Positions 37,424-46,754 of a DNA stretch of 64,000 bases are shown one piece after another. The translations under genes were made by a program, and so were the position numbers. The stretch covers positions 2,549-66,548 of the forward strand of contig JALNWG010000018.1 of assembly GCA_023231005.1 (NCBI GenBank), read 5' to 3'. How positions within the stretch are numbered: position 1 is the stretch's first letter; each line of letters begins with the position of its first letter. The notes below the pieces were generated by a model, which ran no database searches, was not told the DNA's origin, and worked only from the letters and a program-made list of their open reading frames with translations. Origin of the DNA: Bacteroidales bacterium. GTDB lineage: Bacteria; Bacteroidota; Bacteroidia; Bacteroidales; FEN-979.

Positions 37424-38207
37424 CCGAAAGATTGACTACCTCCGGGTTTCAGTTACCGACCGGTGCAACCTTCGATGTACATATTGTATGCCCGCCTCCG
37501 GAGTTAAGCTCCTGTCGCACCACGACATTCTTTCTTTTGAAGAAATCCTGGAGGTAATCCAGAAATCGGTCGACCTGGGGATCACCAAAATCCGACTTAC
37601 CGGAGGGGAACCCCTGGTCCGTAAGGGAATATTGTCGCTGGTGGAAAACATTGCAAAAACAAAAGGAATCCTCGACCTTGGATTAACAACCAATGGAATA
37701 TTGCTTTCCGATTTTGCCCCGGACCTTGCCAAAGCAGGCCTTCGGCGGATCAATATCAGTCTGGATACCCTGGATCCTGAAAAATTTAAACTTCTTACCC
37801 GCGGAGGGGAACTTCACAAAGTGTTGGAAGGAATTGAATCAGCGAAAATTTCCGGCCTCTCCCCAATCAAAATTAATTGTGTCGTCCGCCAGTCTTCAGA
37901 TGAACCCGATGCCCAGGCAGTCAGGGAATTTTGCCGTATCCATGGACTGGAAGCGCGGTTTATTCATGAAATGAGCCTGGCAGATGGACGTTTTACCATC
38001 GTAGAAAACGGTCATGGCGGCGATTGCAGGCATTGTAACCGGTTGCGGTTAACCGCCAACGGGATGATCCGCCCATGCCTGTTCAACGACATGGAATTCA
38101 GCATCCGGAAACTTGGCATCAAACAAGCCCTTGAAAATGCAATTTCACAAAAACCCAATCAGGGAACCATCGCTATGTCGGGACAATTTCATAATATTGG
38201 AGGATAA
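37407..38207 (+). CDS. moaA: GTP 3',8-cyclase MoaA (compact radical-SAM form)
   Basis: 266 aa. It has the radical-SAM motif YLRVSVTDRCNLRCTYC, a second cluster CRHCNRLRLTANGMIRPC (C-x2-C-x13-C) and a C-terminal ..NIGG. It overlaps moeA by 17 nt. Confidence 0.85.
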   Translation: MYDHFNRKIDYLRVSVTDRCNLRCTYCMPASGVKLLSHHDILSFEEILEVIQKSVDLGITKIRLTGGEPLVRKGILSLVENIAKTKGILDLGLTTNGILLSDFAPDLAKAGLRRINISLDTLDPEKFKLLTRGGELHKVLEGIESAKISGLSPIKINCVVRQSSDEPDAQAVREFCRIHGLEARFIHEMSLADGRFTIVENGHGGDCRHCNRLRLTANGMIRPCLFNDMEFSIRKLGIKQALENAISQKPNQGTIAMSGQFHNIGG

Positions 38208-38256
38208 ATAGATTTGCGATTTCAAATTTTACTTTATTCTTTGTAAAAAAAATCGA

Positions 38257-38319
38257 AATTTTTAATTTTTAATTTTTAATTTTTAATTCCTAATTCTTAA
38301 TTCCTAATTCCTAATTCTA
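38257..38319 (+). repeat. Heptanucleotide tandem array A: (AATTTTT)x4 AATTCCT AATTCTT AATTCCT AATTCCT AATTCTA
   Basis: Nine contiguous 7-bp units read directly from the sequence. The array ends 4 nt before the moaC ATG (38324). The + strand is G-free over 38256-38325. Confidence 0.95.
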
Positions 38320-38323
38320 AATC

Positions 38324-38776
38324 ATGTCCAAATTATCCCACGTTAGTGATTCCGGTAAAGCCAATATGGTAGATGTTGGGGCTAAGTCCGTACAATTACG
38401 AACTGCCAGAGCCTGTGGAATGATCCGGATGAATCCGGAAACCGTGGCTTTGATCCGCGAAAATAAAATGAAAAAGGGCGACGTTCTAACGGTTGCCGAG
38501 ATTGCCGGAATCCAGGGGGGCAAACGAACCAGCGATTTGATTCCACTCTGTCATCCCCTGCTGATCACAAAAATGGAGGTACATGCTTCCCTTTGTGAAA
38601 CCGGTGTAAAGATAGAAAGCATTGCCCGTTGCATCGGTCAAACCGGCATCGAAATGGAAGCGCTCACGGCTGTTTCCATTGCGCTGCTCACCATTTACGA
38701 TATGTGTAAAGCGGCGGATAAGGCAATGTTGATAGAAGGAATACAATTGGTGGAAAAGACAAAAGAAGATCTTTGA
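38324..38776 (+). CDS. moaC: Cyclic pyranopterin monophosphate synthase MoaC
   Basis: 150 aa with LSHVSDSGKANMVDVGAK, TVAEIAGIQGGKRTSDLIPLCHPL and TGIEMEALTAVSIALLTIYDMCKA motifs. Confidence 0.95.
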   Translation: MSKLSHVSDSGKANMVDVGAKSVQLRTARACGMIRMNPETVALIRENKMKKGDVLTVAEIAGIQGGKRTSDLIPLCHPLLITKMEVHASLCETGVKIESIARCIGQTGIEMEALTAVSIALLTIYDMCKAADKAMLIEGIQLVEKTKEDL

Positions 38777-38816
38777 AAAGAGATAACATAACACTCAATT
38801 TCTATAACAAAAAACA

Positions 38817-39749
38817 ATGCAAGAGATTCAGGTTATTTCGGTCAATATTTCGGAGAAAAAGAGAACGGCTAAGCGTCCGGTTAATCAGATAGAAATTACC
38901 CACAACGGCATTTTGGGGGATGCCCATGCAGGCCCCTGGAACCGGCAGGTAAGTTTATTAGGAATGGAAAGCATCCGGAAATTTGAAAAGGAGGCCGGCA
39001 GGAGAATCCAACCAGGTGAATTTGCCGAAAACATCACCACAAACGGAGTTGAGTTGTGGAAATTACATCCCTTAGATCGATTCACCGCCGGGGACCTTGA
39101 ACTTGAAGTAACCCAGATTGGGAAAGAGTGCCATGGAGCCTCATGTGCCATTTTCAAAGAAGTAGGAAATTGCGTGATGCCCAAAGAGGGGATCTTTTGC
39201 AGGGTCTTGAGCCCGGGAACAGTAAAGTCGGGGATGAACCTGGAATTACATCCGAAAATATACCGGGTAATGATCATCACACTCAGCGACCGTGCCAGTT
39301 CCGGAGAATACGAAGACAAATCCGGCCCACGGATAAAAGAACTTCTGGAGACCCAATTGACAATTGAGAATTGTCAATTCTCAATTGTCAATTCTCTCAT
39401 TCCCGATGATCCTCATAAATTGGGGGACCTGCTCCATAAAGCGAAAGAGGAGTTGACCGATATTGTGATCACTACCGGAGGAACCGGGATCGGTCCCCGT
39501 GATTTCACCCCGGAGGTTGTAAAACCCTTGCTCGATAAAGAAATACCCGGAATTATGGAAGCAATCCGGATGAAATACGGACAGGAAAAAACCGCTGCAT
39601 TAGTCAGCCGCTCTGTAGCAGGAATTATGGGAAAATCCCTCCTGTTTACTTTACCAGGAAGTGTAAATGCAGTGAACGAATATATGGTTGAAATTTTCCG
39701 GTCGCTGAAACATCTAACCTATATGCTCCACGGATTAGATATACATTAA
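38817..39749 (+). CDS. MOSC domain fused to MogA/MoaB-type molybdopterin adenylyltransferase
   Basis: 310 aa. The N-terminal ~145 aa form a MOSC-like beta-barrel (..GILGDAHAGPWNRQVSLL..GEFAENITT..LEVTQIGKECH). The C-terminal MogA/MoaB domain has ITLSDRASSGEYEDKSGP, ITTGGTGIGPRDFTPEV and LPGSVNAV. Confidence 0.8.
   Translation: MQEIQVISVNISEKKRTAKRPVNQIEITHNGILGDAHAGPWNRQVSLLGMESIRKFEKEAGRRIQPGEFAENITTNGVELWKLHPLDRFTAGDLELEVTQIGKECHGASCAIFKEVGNCVMPKEGIFCRVLSPGTVKSGMNLELHPKIYRVMIITLSDRASSGEYEDKSGPRIKELLETQLTIENCQFSIVNSLIPDDPHKLGDLLHKAKEELTDIVITTGGTGIGPRDFTPEVVKPLLDKEIPGIMEAIRMKYGQEKTAALVSRSVAGIMGKSLLFTLPGSVNAVNEYMVEIFRSLKHLTYMLHGLDIH
39354..39395. repeat. In-frame coding heptamer array (CAATTGA CAATTGA GAATTGT CAATTCT CAATTGT CAATTCT) containing a perfect 39-bp palindrome (39355-39393)
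   Basis: I checked base by base. Arms 39355-39373 and 39375-39393 are perfectly complementary around T39374. The 42 bp encode QLTIENCQFSIVNS within the MogA-like domain. Confidence 0.95.
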
Positions 39750-39763
39750 AAAATCAGCAATGA

Positions 39764-39812
39764 AATTTTTAATTTTTAATTTTTAATTCTTAATTCCTAA
39801 TTCCTAACTCTA
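39764..39812 (+). repeat. Heptanucleotide tandem array B: (AATTTTT)x3 AATTCTT AATTCCT AATTCCT AACTCTA
   Basis: Seven contiguous units lie between the MOSC-MogA stop (39749) and the 3' end of tRNA-Leu (39817). The architecture matches array A. Confidence 0.95.
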
Positions 39813-39816
39813 TCAG

Positions 39817-39901
39817 TACCCCGGGCGGGACTTGAACCCGCACGACCGCAATGGTCACAGGATTTTAAGTCCTGCGTGTCTACCAGTTCCACCACCAGGG
39901 C
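39817..39901 (-). tRNA. tRNA-Leu (anticodon TAA), class II with long variable arm
   Basis: Reverse complement: GCCCTGG TG GTGG AACTGGTAGA CACG CAGGA CTTAAAA TCCTG TGACCATTGCGGTCGT GCGGG TTCAAGT CCCGC CCGGGGT A. The cloverleaf folds by hand. Acceptor pairs 1-72 and 5-68 are G-U wobbles. No CCA is encoded. Confidence 0.8.
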
Positions 39902-39910
39902 AGCTTCTGA

Positions 39911-39939
39911 TTAAAAAACCCTCGGGTAGAAGAGGGTTT
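39911..39939 (-). terminator. Hairpin + T-run between tRNA-Gly and tRNA-Leu
   Basis: On the minus strand the stem AAACCCTC/GAGGGTTT (8 bp, 8-nt loop) runs into TTTTTT. Confidence 0.5.
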
Positions 39940-39945
39940 CCTTTG

Positions 39946-40018
<73 letters not shown>

Positions 40019-40061
40019 AGTTAAAATTTGAGGTGCAAAGGTAAAACAATTTTCAATTCTC

Positions 40062-42665
40062 CTACTTTTTTTGAAGCAATTTTTTAATCTCATTTAATTT
40101 CATCAACGCCTCAACCGGGGTCAGGGTATTTATCTCCGTATTTAAAATATCTTCTTTGATCTGCTGCAGCAATGGATCATCAAGCTGGATGAAACTCAGT
40201 TGATATCCACCATCCGCTTTCCCCTTTCCAATCCCCTCTGTTTCATGCGACGCTTCCAACTGACTAAGGATCTCCTTTGCCCGTTCCAGAACAGAAGAGG
40301 GCATACCGGCTATTTTAGCTACATGGATGCCAAAGCTGTGTTCGCTTCCACCAGGAAGAAGTTTCCTTAAAAAAATGACTTTGTTCTGAATTTCCCTGAC
40401 GGAAATATGATAATTTTTGATTCGTGGCAAGCGGGTTGCCATCTCATTGAGTTCATGATAGTGAGTGGCAAAGAGTACCTTGGGCCGGAACAACGGATGC
40501 TGATGCAGAAACTCCGCTATCGCCCAGGCAATGCTGATGCCATCGTAGGTACTGGTTCCGCGTCCGATCTCATCGAGCAGAATCAGGCTACGGCTGGAAA
40601 CATTATTCAGAATGCTCGCCGTTTCGTTCATCTCCACCATGAAAGTAGATTCACCGGAAGAGATGTTATCGGAAGCCCCTACCCGCGTAAATATCTTGTC
40701 GGTAATTCCGAGCGTGGCCGATTCGGCTGGAATAAAGCTCCCCATCTGGGCCATCAATACAATCAGAGCCGTTTGTCGCAACAAAGCCGACTTCCCCGAC
40801 ATGTTCGGCCCGGTCAACATGATGATCTGCTGATTGGTATCGTCAAGATGAACATCATTGGCAATATACGATTCCCCCGGCTTCATCTGTTGCTCTATTA
40901 CCGGATGACGACCATTGCGGATATCAATCACATACGTTTCATTCAGAACTGGCCGTACATAATTGAATTTTACGGCATTAATGGAAAAAGCAACCAGCAC
41001 ATCCAGTCGCGCTATCATCGTGGCATCGAGTTGTATCGGAACAATAAAATCTGCTAAAAAGAGGATCAGATCATTATATATCTTCATTTCGATCTCCTGG
41101 ATCTTCTCTTCCGCATGAAGGATCTTTTCTTCATAAGCCTTCAGTTCCTCCGTGATATACCGTTCGGCATTGACTAAGGTTTGTTTGCGGTTCCATTCGG
41201 GAGGAACCTTATCTTTATGAGCATTGGTCACCTCAAGGTAATAACCAAAAACATTGGTATAGCCTATTTTCAGTGAACTGATCCCGGTCCGTTCCATCTC
41301 CCGCTGCTGGATCTGAACAAGGTAATCCTTCCCCGAAAAAGCAATTTTCCGTAAATCGTCCAATTCCGGATCAACACCATCGCGGATAATATTTCCTTTG
41401 ATGGCCAATGCCGGGGGATCGGGCTGTATTTCATGATCGATGCGTTCACGAACCAGCTTGCAGATGTTCAATTGCTCGCCGATTTTCACAAGTCCCTCAT
41501 TACCTGATGTTCCGCAGATACCTTTCACGGCTTCGATGGCATCAAGGGCCTTTTTCAGATAGATCATTTCCCGGGGATTGACCCTGGCCACAGCCACTTT
41601 TGAAATGAGCCGTTCAAGGTCGCCGATCTGGTGAAATTGATGACACAGCAGTTCGGTAGTTTCCGGGTGAAGCTTGAAATATTCAACTGCATCCAGTCGC
41701 TCTTCGATGGGCTTACGGTTTTTCAGCGGGAGGATAATCCAGCGTCGCAGTTGCCTCGATCCCATTGGAGAAATCGTCTGGTCCAACACCTCCATCAACG
41801 TTTTTGCATTATCGTTTACGGAGTTCAGCAGTTCCAGATTCCGGATGGTAAACCGGTCCAGCCAAACATAGTTATCTTCTTCAATCCGGCTGAGTTTGCA
41901 GATATGCCGAACCTTGTCGTGTTGTGTTTCGGCGAGATAATGTAAGGCAGCACCCGCGGCAATCACGCCCATCTCCTGATTCTCAACCCCGAAACCCTTC
42001 AGCGAAGCGGTACCAAATTGCTTCAGTAGAAGTTCGTGCGAGAAATCAAGGGTAAAAACCCAATCTTCAAAAGTATTGATATAAAATTTATTGCCAAACA
42101 ACTCTAAAAACTGCTGACGTTTATTTTTCTGAATGATCACTTCGCTGGGCCGGAAACTCTGAATCAGCTTATCAATATATTCAAGCGACCCCTGGGCCAG
42201 GTAAAATTCACCGGTCGAAATATCAAGAAAAGAGATCCCCGATATTTTATCCTGAAGATGAACTCCGGCCAAGTAATTATTCTCTTTCTGGTCAAGAATC
42301 TTGTCATGATACGAAACTCCGGGGGTGACCAGTTCTGTAACGCCGCGTTTCACAATGTTCTTTGTCAGTTTCGGATCTTCCAGTTGATCACAAATGGCAA
42401 CCCGTAAACCGGCTTTCACTAATTTGGGAAGATAGAGATCAAGAGAATGATACGGGAAACCGGCTAATTCTACGAATTTTGCTGACCCGTTGGCACGTCG
42501 GGTAAGGACAATCCCCAAAATATTGGAAGCCCGAATGGCATCTTCCCCAAATGTTTCATAGAAATCACCTACCCTGAAAAGCAGTACAGCATCGGGATAC
42601 TTTGCTTTTATGGCGTTGTATTGACGCATCAGCGGGGTCTCTGCTATTTCCGTTTGTTTTGCCAA
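40062..42665 (-). CDS. mutS: DNA mismatch repair protein MutS
   Basis: 867 aa with [34 protein letters not shown], Walker [11 protein letters not shown] and [14 protein letters not shown]. The start is TTG. Confidence 0.95.
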   Translation of the reverse strand: MAKQTEIAETPLMRQYNAIKAKYPDAVLLFRVGDFYETFGEDAIRASNILGIVLTRRANGSAKFVELAGFPYHSLDLYLPKLVKAGLRVAICDQLEDPKLTKNIVKRGVTELVTPGVSYHDKILDQKENNYLAGVHLQDKISGISFLDISTGEFYLAQGSLEYIDKLIQSFRPSEVIIQKNKRQQFLELFGNKFYINTFEDWVFTLDFSHELLLKQFGTASLKGFGVENQEMGVIAAGAALHYLAETQHDKVRHICKLSRIEEDNYVWLDRFTIRNLELLNSVNDNAKTLMEVLDQTISPMGSRQLRRWIILPLKNRKPIEERLDAVEYFKLHPETTELLCHQFHQIGDLERLISKVAVARVNPREMIYLKKALDAIEAVKGICGTSGNEGLVKIGEQLNICKLVRERIDHEIQPDPPALAIKGNIIRDGVDPELDDLRKIAFSGKDYLVQIQQREMERTGISSLKIGYTNVFGYYLEVTNAHKDKVPPEWNRKQTLVNAERYITEELKAYEEKILHAEEKIQEIEMKIYNDLILFLADFIVPIQLDATMIARLDVLVAFSINAVKFNYVRPVLNETYVIDIRNGRHPVIEQQMKPGESYIANDVHLDDTNQQIIMLTGPNMSGKSALLRQTALIVLMAQMGSFIPAESATLGITDKIFTRVGASDNISSGESTFMVEMNETASILNNVSSRSLILLDEIGRGTSTYDGISIAWAIAEFLHQHPLFRPKVLFATHYHELNEMATRLPRIKNYHISVREIQNKVIFLRKLLPGGSEHSFGIHVAKIAGMPSSVLERAKEILSQLEASHETEGIGKGKADGGYQLSFIQLDDPLLQQIKEDILNTEINTLTPVEALMKLNEIKKLLQKK

Positions 42666-42673
42666 AAAATACC

Positions 42674-42708
42674 GGAATTAAGAATTTAGAATTAACAATG
42701 AATAATTT
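42674..42708 (-). repeat. Heptamer array C (minus-strand reading TAATTCT AAATTCT TAATTCC plus two degenerate units)
   Basis: The + strand reads GGAATTA AGAATTT AGAATTA ACAATGA ATAATTT. The array begins 9 nt upstream of the mutS TTG start. More degenerate units (e.g. the reverse complement of CTCATTC) follow to about 42735. Confidence 0.7.
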
Positions 42709-42743
42709 TTCAAAGTTAAGAATGAGTTGGAATTTGTTTTGAT

Positions 42744-42774
42744 TTTGTTGATAAGTCAGCAAAAAGTATCTTTG
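42744..42774 (+). promoter_or_regulatory. Candidate Bacteroidota sigma-A promoter for the SpoU-family gene
   Basis: TTTG (42744-42747), 19 nt, then TAtcTTTG (42767-42774). It lies about 65 nt upstream of the 42838 start. Confidence 0.5.
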
Positions 42775-42837
42775 CACGACAAATCCAACATACTAAAATA
42801 AAATCACTTATTCACTTAACTCTTAATCACTTCCATA

Positions 42838-43380
42838 TTGAAAAAATTGACGATGCCGGAATTGAACCGGTTGACAGTTGAAGAATATAAAGCTGCAGAG
42901 AAAACTCCGATTGTGATTGTTTTAGATAATATACGGAGCCAGCACAATATTGGTTCGGTGTTCCGGACGGCCGATGCATTTCGCTTAGAGGGGATCCTGT
43001 TGTGTGGAATAACCGCAACTCCTCCTCACCGGGAGATTCAGAAAACCGCCCTGGGAGCTACTGAATCGGTACCCTGGCAATATTTTGACAACACCATCGA
43101 TGCTTGTACAAAATTAATCAATGAGGGGTATCATCTTTTAGCTGTAGAACAAGTTACTGGGAGCATTCCGCTCTATGATTTTCAACCGGCAAAAGATCAA
43201 AAACTCGCAATCATTTTTGGAAATGAGGTATCGGGAGTAAGAGAAGATGCCTTGTCGATGGCAACCGGTTGTTTGGAAATTCCCCAGTTCGGAACTAAAC
43301 ATTCCTTTAATATTTCAGTATCCGCAGGGATCGTGATATGGGATATTTTTTCCAAACTCAATTACCAAAAAGTAAAATGA
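42838..43380 (+). CDS. TrmH/SpoU-family RNA methyltransferase (small, single-domain)
   Basis: 180 aa with LDNIRSQHNIGSVFRTADAF, IIFGNEVSGV and SFNISVSAGIVIWD. The start is either TTG 42838 or ATG 42853. Confidence 0.8.
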   Translation: MKKLTMPELNRLTVEEYKAAEKTPIVIVLDNIRSQHNIGSVFRTADAFRLEGILLCGITATPPHREIQKTALGATESVPWQYFDNTIDACTKLINEGYHLLAVEQVTGSIPLYDFQPAKDQKLAIIFGNEVSGVREDALSMATGCLEIPQFGTKHSFNISVSAGIVIWDIFSKLNYQKVK

Positions 43381-43560
43381 AACAATCTGATTTACATTGG
43401 TTTTTATTTTTTTATTTAAACTAATGTAACCCTTCGGTTCTTTTTTGCGTACAATTCTAAAATTTATATTTTTACATTGTTGATAAAATGGGTAATCAAT
43501 TATTTTAAAATGGTATAATAACCTTATAAATAATTTATATTTGTCAAATAAACCATTATA

Positions 43561-43593
43561 ATTGCTCGGAAATTCAATAATTAATTATATTTG
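43561..43593 (+). promoter_or_regulatory. Candidate promoter for the 848-aa outer-membrane/TPR protein gene
   Basis: aTTG (43561-43564), 21 nt, then TAtaTTTG (43586-43593). It lies 40 nt upstream of ATG 43634. A second identical TAtaTTTG sits at 43536-43543. Confidence 0.4.
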
Positions 43594-43633
43594 CTAATCA
43601 GTAAACATATTCAATAAACGAAAAATTAGAGGT

Positions 43634-46180
43634 ATGAAAAACATTTATCGAATCTTACAGAAGGTCATGATTGTCATGCTTGTGGCACTCATTCCCCTGG
43701 TCTCTTTTGCACAGGATAAAGCTAAAGAACAAAAGGTAAGAAACACAGCTCCATCTCACAGTTATTGGTCGGTGGGCGCTTTTGGAGGAATTATGCAGTT
43801 TAATGGCGACCTCTCTAAAAATCTTTGGGTTAATCTTTATTCAAATAGTTTGGGTTACAATTATGGTCTCGTAGTAACCAAGCAATTTACCCGCGTTATC
43901 GGTGTTCGTGCCCGTATCGCTCATGGCATGTTACAAAGCCGGGTAGAAAACAAATTTGTGTATGATTATAACGGGAATGGACAACCAGCCTACATTTCAC
44001 AATCATTCAAGTCCTATCCCTGGGAAACCGATCTTCAGTTTACAGTTAACTGGCTGAATTGGGCCTTAGGTTATAAACCGGATCGTTTCTTCTCCTCCTA
44101 TGTCATTCTCGGCGTAGGTCTTGATCAAACCATCGGTCATAAAACAGACTTGCTGTTGGCTAAGGATGTTGCCTGGATTGGACAGAAAGACAATGTAGGA
44201 AACATGGGTAACACTTCCGGTCTTGCCGGCCATAACCTCGAATTTAAAGTCGGTGCCGGTCTTGGCTTCGATTTCAACATCAATAAACATTGGTCAATTC
44301 CAGTCGAATTATATTGGAGATGGCGTGATGGCGACATCGTTGATATGCAACCCGGCGGTGCCAAAGAAATTGTCAACGATATGTACAGTTCCGCAACCAT
44401 CGGACTTACCTATAAATTTGCTTATAGTGGCTGCAACCTGAAAGAAATGGCAAATAATTACAACCAGGTGAAACTGGAAACCACTCCGGCTGTTCTTTCC
44501 GAAAAGGGTGATTCCGTTATGGTTACTGTTAAAGGAACCGTTCCTCCCAAGTATTTCTGCCCAACCGCTTCCATGTATTTCCAACCTGTTGTTACCTATA
44601 ATGGTGGAAAATATGATCTGAAACCCATGAATATTTATGGTGAAAAACTTAGTGGCGACGGCACCATGATCAAATACAAAGAAGGTGGTACTTTTACCTA
44701 TACTACGGTATTCCCGTACAAACCTGAAATGGGTGTATCGCAATTGTCTGTTGCTCCTGTTGTTTATGAAGCCAAAGAAAAAATTCTGCTGAAAAAAGAC
44801 GAAATCAAGGTAAAGGCAAAATTTGTTGAACTGCCTTCACGCGATCTGGCTCCTGGTATCATCCATACCCCAACCCTTATCCAGCATGATGAAATAACAC
44901 TCATCGCTGATCATGGTTATCAGAAAGAAGTATTCCAGTCAAAAACCGGTATCATCTACTTCAAAAAGAACAAATTTGATCTCGACCTTAAATATGGTAT
45001 CAATAAAACTGACCTTGCCAAAGCAGGTCTCACCGACTTCGATGCCTTTGTAAAACAAGGATGGAAAATAAAAGATATCGCAATGAATGGTTGGGCTTCT
45101 CCTGAAGGCGAAGAAACCTTCAATGCCAACTTATCCGAAAATCGTTCCAAAACCGGAAATGCTTATGTCATCAGTCAGTTTCAGGCTTGGGCTAAGGAAG
45201 CCAATAAAGGCAATAAGGATAAAAAAGCTGTGAAAGCAGCTGTTGAAGCTGCCGGTAAAGATGTTAACATGGTATTGCAACATCATGGCCCGGATTGGAA
45301 TGGCTTCCTGAAAGCCGTTCAAAACAGCGACCTGAAAGACAAAGACAAAATCCTGAATGTAATCAACTCCAATGCAGATCAGCTTAAGAAAGAAGCAGAA
45401 ATTCGCAACATGATCCTGATCTATCCTGAAATTGAAAGCAAACTGCTTCCTCCATTGCGTCGCGTTGAAATTACCGGAACATTGTATGAACCTCGTTTAA
45501 CCGATGTTGAAATCAGCCAGTATGCTGTTTCAAATCCGGATAAATTAAAAGTGGAAGAATTGCTCTATGCCGCTACCCTTACCAATGATGTCAACGCTAA
45601 GGTGACCATCACTGAAAATGCTGTAAAACAATTCCCCAACAACTGGAAAGCCTTGAACAACGCAGCTGTAGCTCAAGTTAGTAAAGGAAACCTGGGCCGT
45701 GCTTCCGAATTACTTAACAAAGCTCAGGGAATTGCCCCAAATAATGGCATCATCGAAAATAACATTGGTGTGATTGCCGCAAAACAAGGTGATCTGAAAA
45801 AAGCTGAAGCTCAATTTAAAAAAGCAGCTACCTTAGGTGAAAATACCAATTACAACCAGGGCGTTCTCCTGATCCCGAAAGGCGATTATCCGAAAGCCAT
45901 CACGATGCTATCTAACGCTAAATGCAGCTATAACCTGGGTCTCGCACAGTTGGTTTCCGGCAATACCAGCGCCGCTGAAACTACGCTGAAATGCGCTCCC
46001 CAAACTCCGGATACGTATTATCTGCTGGCCGTCATTGGCGCTCGTACAAACAACACCAAAACGATGTACGAAAACCTGATGAAAGCTTGCCAGGATTCTA
46101 AAATGAAAACTCAGGCCAAAAATGATCGCGAATTCTACAGTTTTGCGAATTCACCTGAATTTTTGAATATCGTGAAGTAA
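43634..46180 (+). CDS. Large outer-membrane-associated protein: N-terminal beta-barrel-like region, OmpA-like segment, C-terminal TPR repeats
   Basis: 848 aa with a signal peptide ..VSFAQ. The N-terminal ~260 aa have alternating-strand porin-like character. GWASPEGEETFNANLSENRSKTGNAYV resembles the OmpA-C core. The C-terminal segment A..N.G......G....A...F.KA is TPR-like. The function is unknown. Confidence 0.45.
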   Translation: MKNIYRILQKVMIVMLVALIPLVSFAQDKAKEQKVRNTAPSHSYWSVGAFGGIMQFNGDLSKNLWVNLYSNSLGYNYGLVVTKQFTRVIGVRARIAHGMLQSRVENKFVYDYNGNGQPAYISQSFKSYPWETDLQFTVNWLNWALGYKPDRFFSSYVILGVGLDQTIGHKTDLLLAKDVAWIGQKDNVGNMGNTSGLAGHNLEFKVGAGLGFDFNINKHWSIPVELYWRWRDGDIVDMQPGGAKEIVNDMYSSATIGLTYKFAYSGCNLKEMANNYNQVKLETTPAVLSEKGDSVMVTVKGTVPPKYFCPTASMYFQPVVTYNGGKYDLKPMNIYGEKLSGDGTMIKYKEGGTFTYTTVFPYKPEMGVSQLSVAPVVYEAKEKILLKKDEIKVKAKFVELPSRDLAPGIIHTPTLIQHDEITLIADHGYQKEVFQSKTGIIYFKKNKFDLDLKYGINKTDLAKAGLTDFDAFVKQGWKIKDIAMNGWASPEGEETFNANLSENRSKTGNAYVISQFQAWAKEANKGNKDKKAVKAAVEAAGKDVNMVLQHHGPDWNGFLKAVQNSDLKDKDKILNVINSNADQLKKEAEIRNMILIYPEIESKLLPPLRRVEITGTLYEPRLTDVEISQYAVSNPDKLKVEELLYAATLTNDVNAKVTITENAVKQFPNNWKALNNAAVAQVSKGNLGRASELLNKAQGIAPNNGIIENNIGVIAAKQGDLKKAEAQFKKAATLGENTNYNQGVLLIPKGDYPKAITMLSNAKCSYNLGLAQLVSGNTSAAETTLKCAPQTPDTYYLLAVIGARTNNTKTMYENLMKACQDSKMKTQAKNDREFYSFANSPEFLNIVK

Positions 46181-46197
46181 TTTGTTTACTGATGCAG

Positions 46198-46233
46198 AAA
46201 AAAACCCGGCTATTACAGGCCGGGTTTTTTTTT
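46198..46233 (+). terminator. Rho-independent terminator
   Basis: An A-run is followed by the stem CCCGGC/GCCGGG (46205-46210 / 46219-46224), an 8-nt loop and a 9-T run. Confidence 0.7.
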
Positions 46234-46246
46234 CGATATTTGTACC

Positions 46247-46714
46247 ATGAAAGAAGTATTTCTCCTCCTTGGCTCCAATCGCGGTAACCGGCAACAATTA
46301 TTGAAACAAGCCCGTGAACTGCTCGCCGAAAAAGCCGGAACCATTTTAAAAATCAGCACAATCTATGAAACAACCCCCTGGGGCTTTGACGACGATACAC
46401 TTTTTTTAAACCAGGCCGTGGAAATAGATACCAACCTTGCACCCGACCAATTGTTGCAGGAACTCCTGTCCATCGAAAAACAACTCGGCCGGATTCGCCC
46501 ATCTGAAGCACATTACCAAGGCCGTACCATGGATATCGATATTCTGTTTTTCGGAAATCAACGTATTTTTACCGATTCCCTGATAATCCCCCACCCCCGG
46601 TTACACGAAAGATTTTTTGCATTACAACCCCTGGCGGAAATCGCCCCCGACTTTGTACATCCCATAATGCAAAAAGATATCAAAACACTGCTTAAAATGA
46701 TCATTAATTCCTAA
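46247..46714 (+). CDS. folK: 2-amino-4-hydroxy-6-hydroxymethyldihydropteridine diphosphokinase
   Basis: 155 aa with LLGSNRGNR, IYETTPWGF, RTMDIDILFF and IPHPRLHERFFALQPLAEI. The last two codons and the TAA stop lie inside heptamer array D. Confidence 0.9.
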   Translation: MKEVFLLLGSNRGNRQQLLKQARELLAEKAGTILKISTIYETTPWGFDDDTLFLNQAVEIDTNLAPDQLLQELLSIEKQLGRIRPSEAHYQGRTMDIDILFFGNQRIFTDSLIIPHPRLHERFFALQPLAEIAPDFVHPIMQKDIKTLLKMIINS

Positions 46715-46754
46715 TTCTTAATTCTTAATTCTTAATTCTTAATTCCTAATTCTT
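46706..46754 (+). repeat. Heptamer array D: AATTCCT (AATTCTT)x4 AATTCCT AATTCTT
   Basis: Seven contiguous units span exactly from the folK terminal codons and stop (46712-46714) to the TTG start (46753) of the next gene. The + strand is G-free over 46700-46754. Confidence 0.95.

Noticed and set aside
40407-41057. 216-aa ORF on the + strand inside mutS.
   Set aside because: It lies entirely antisense to a full-length, well-conserved MutS gene. Its composition is low-complexity and shadow-ORF-like, and I recognise no motifs.
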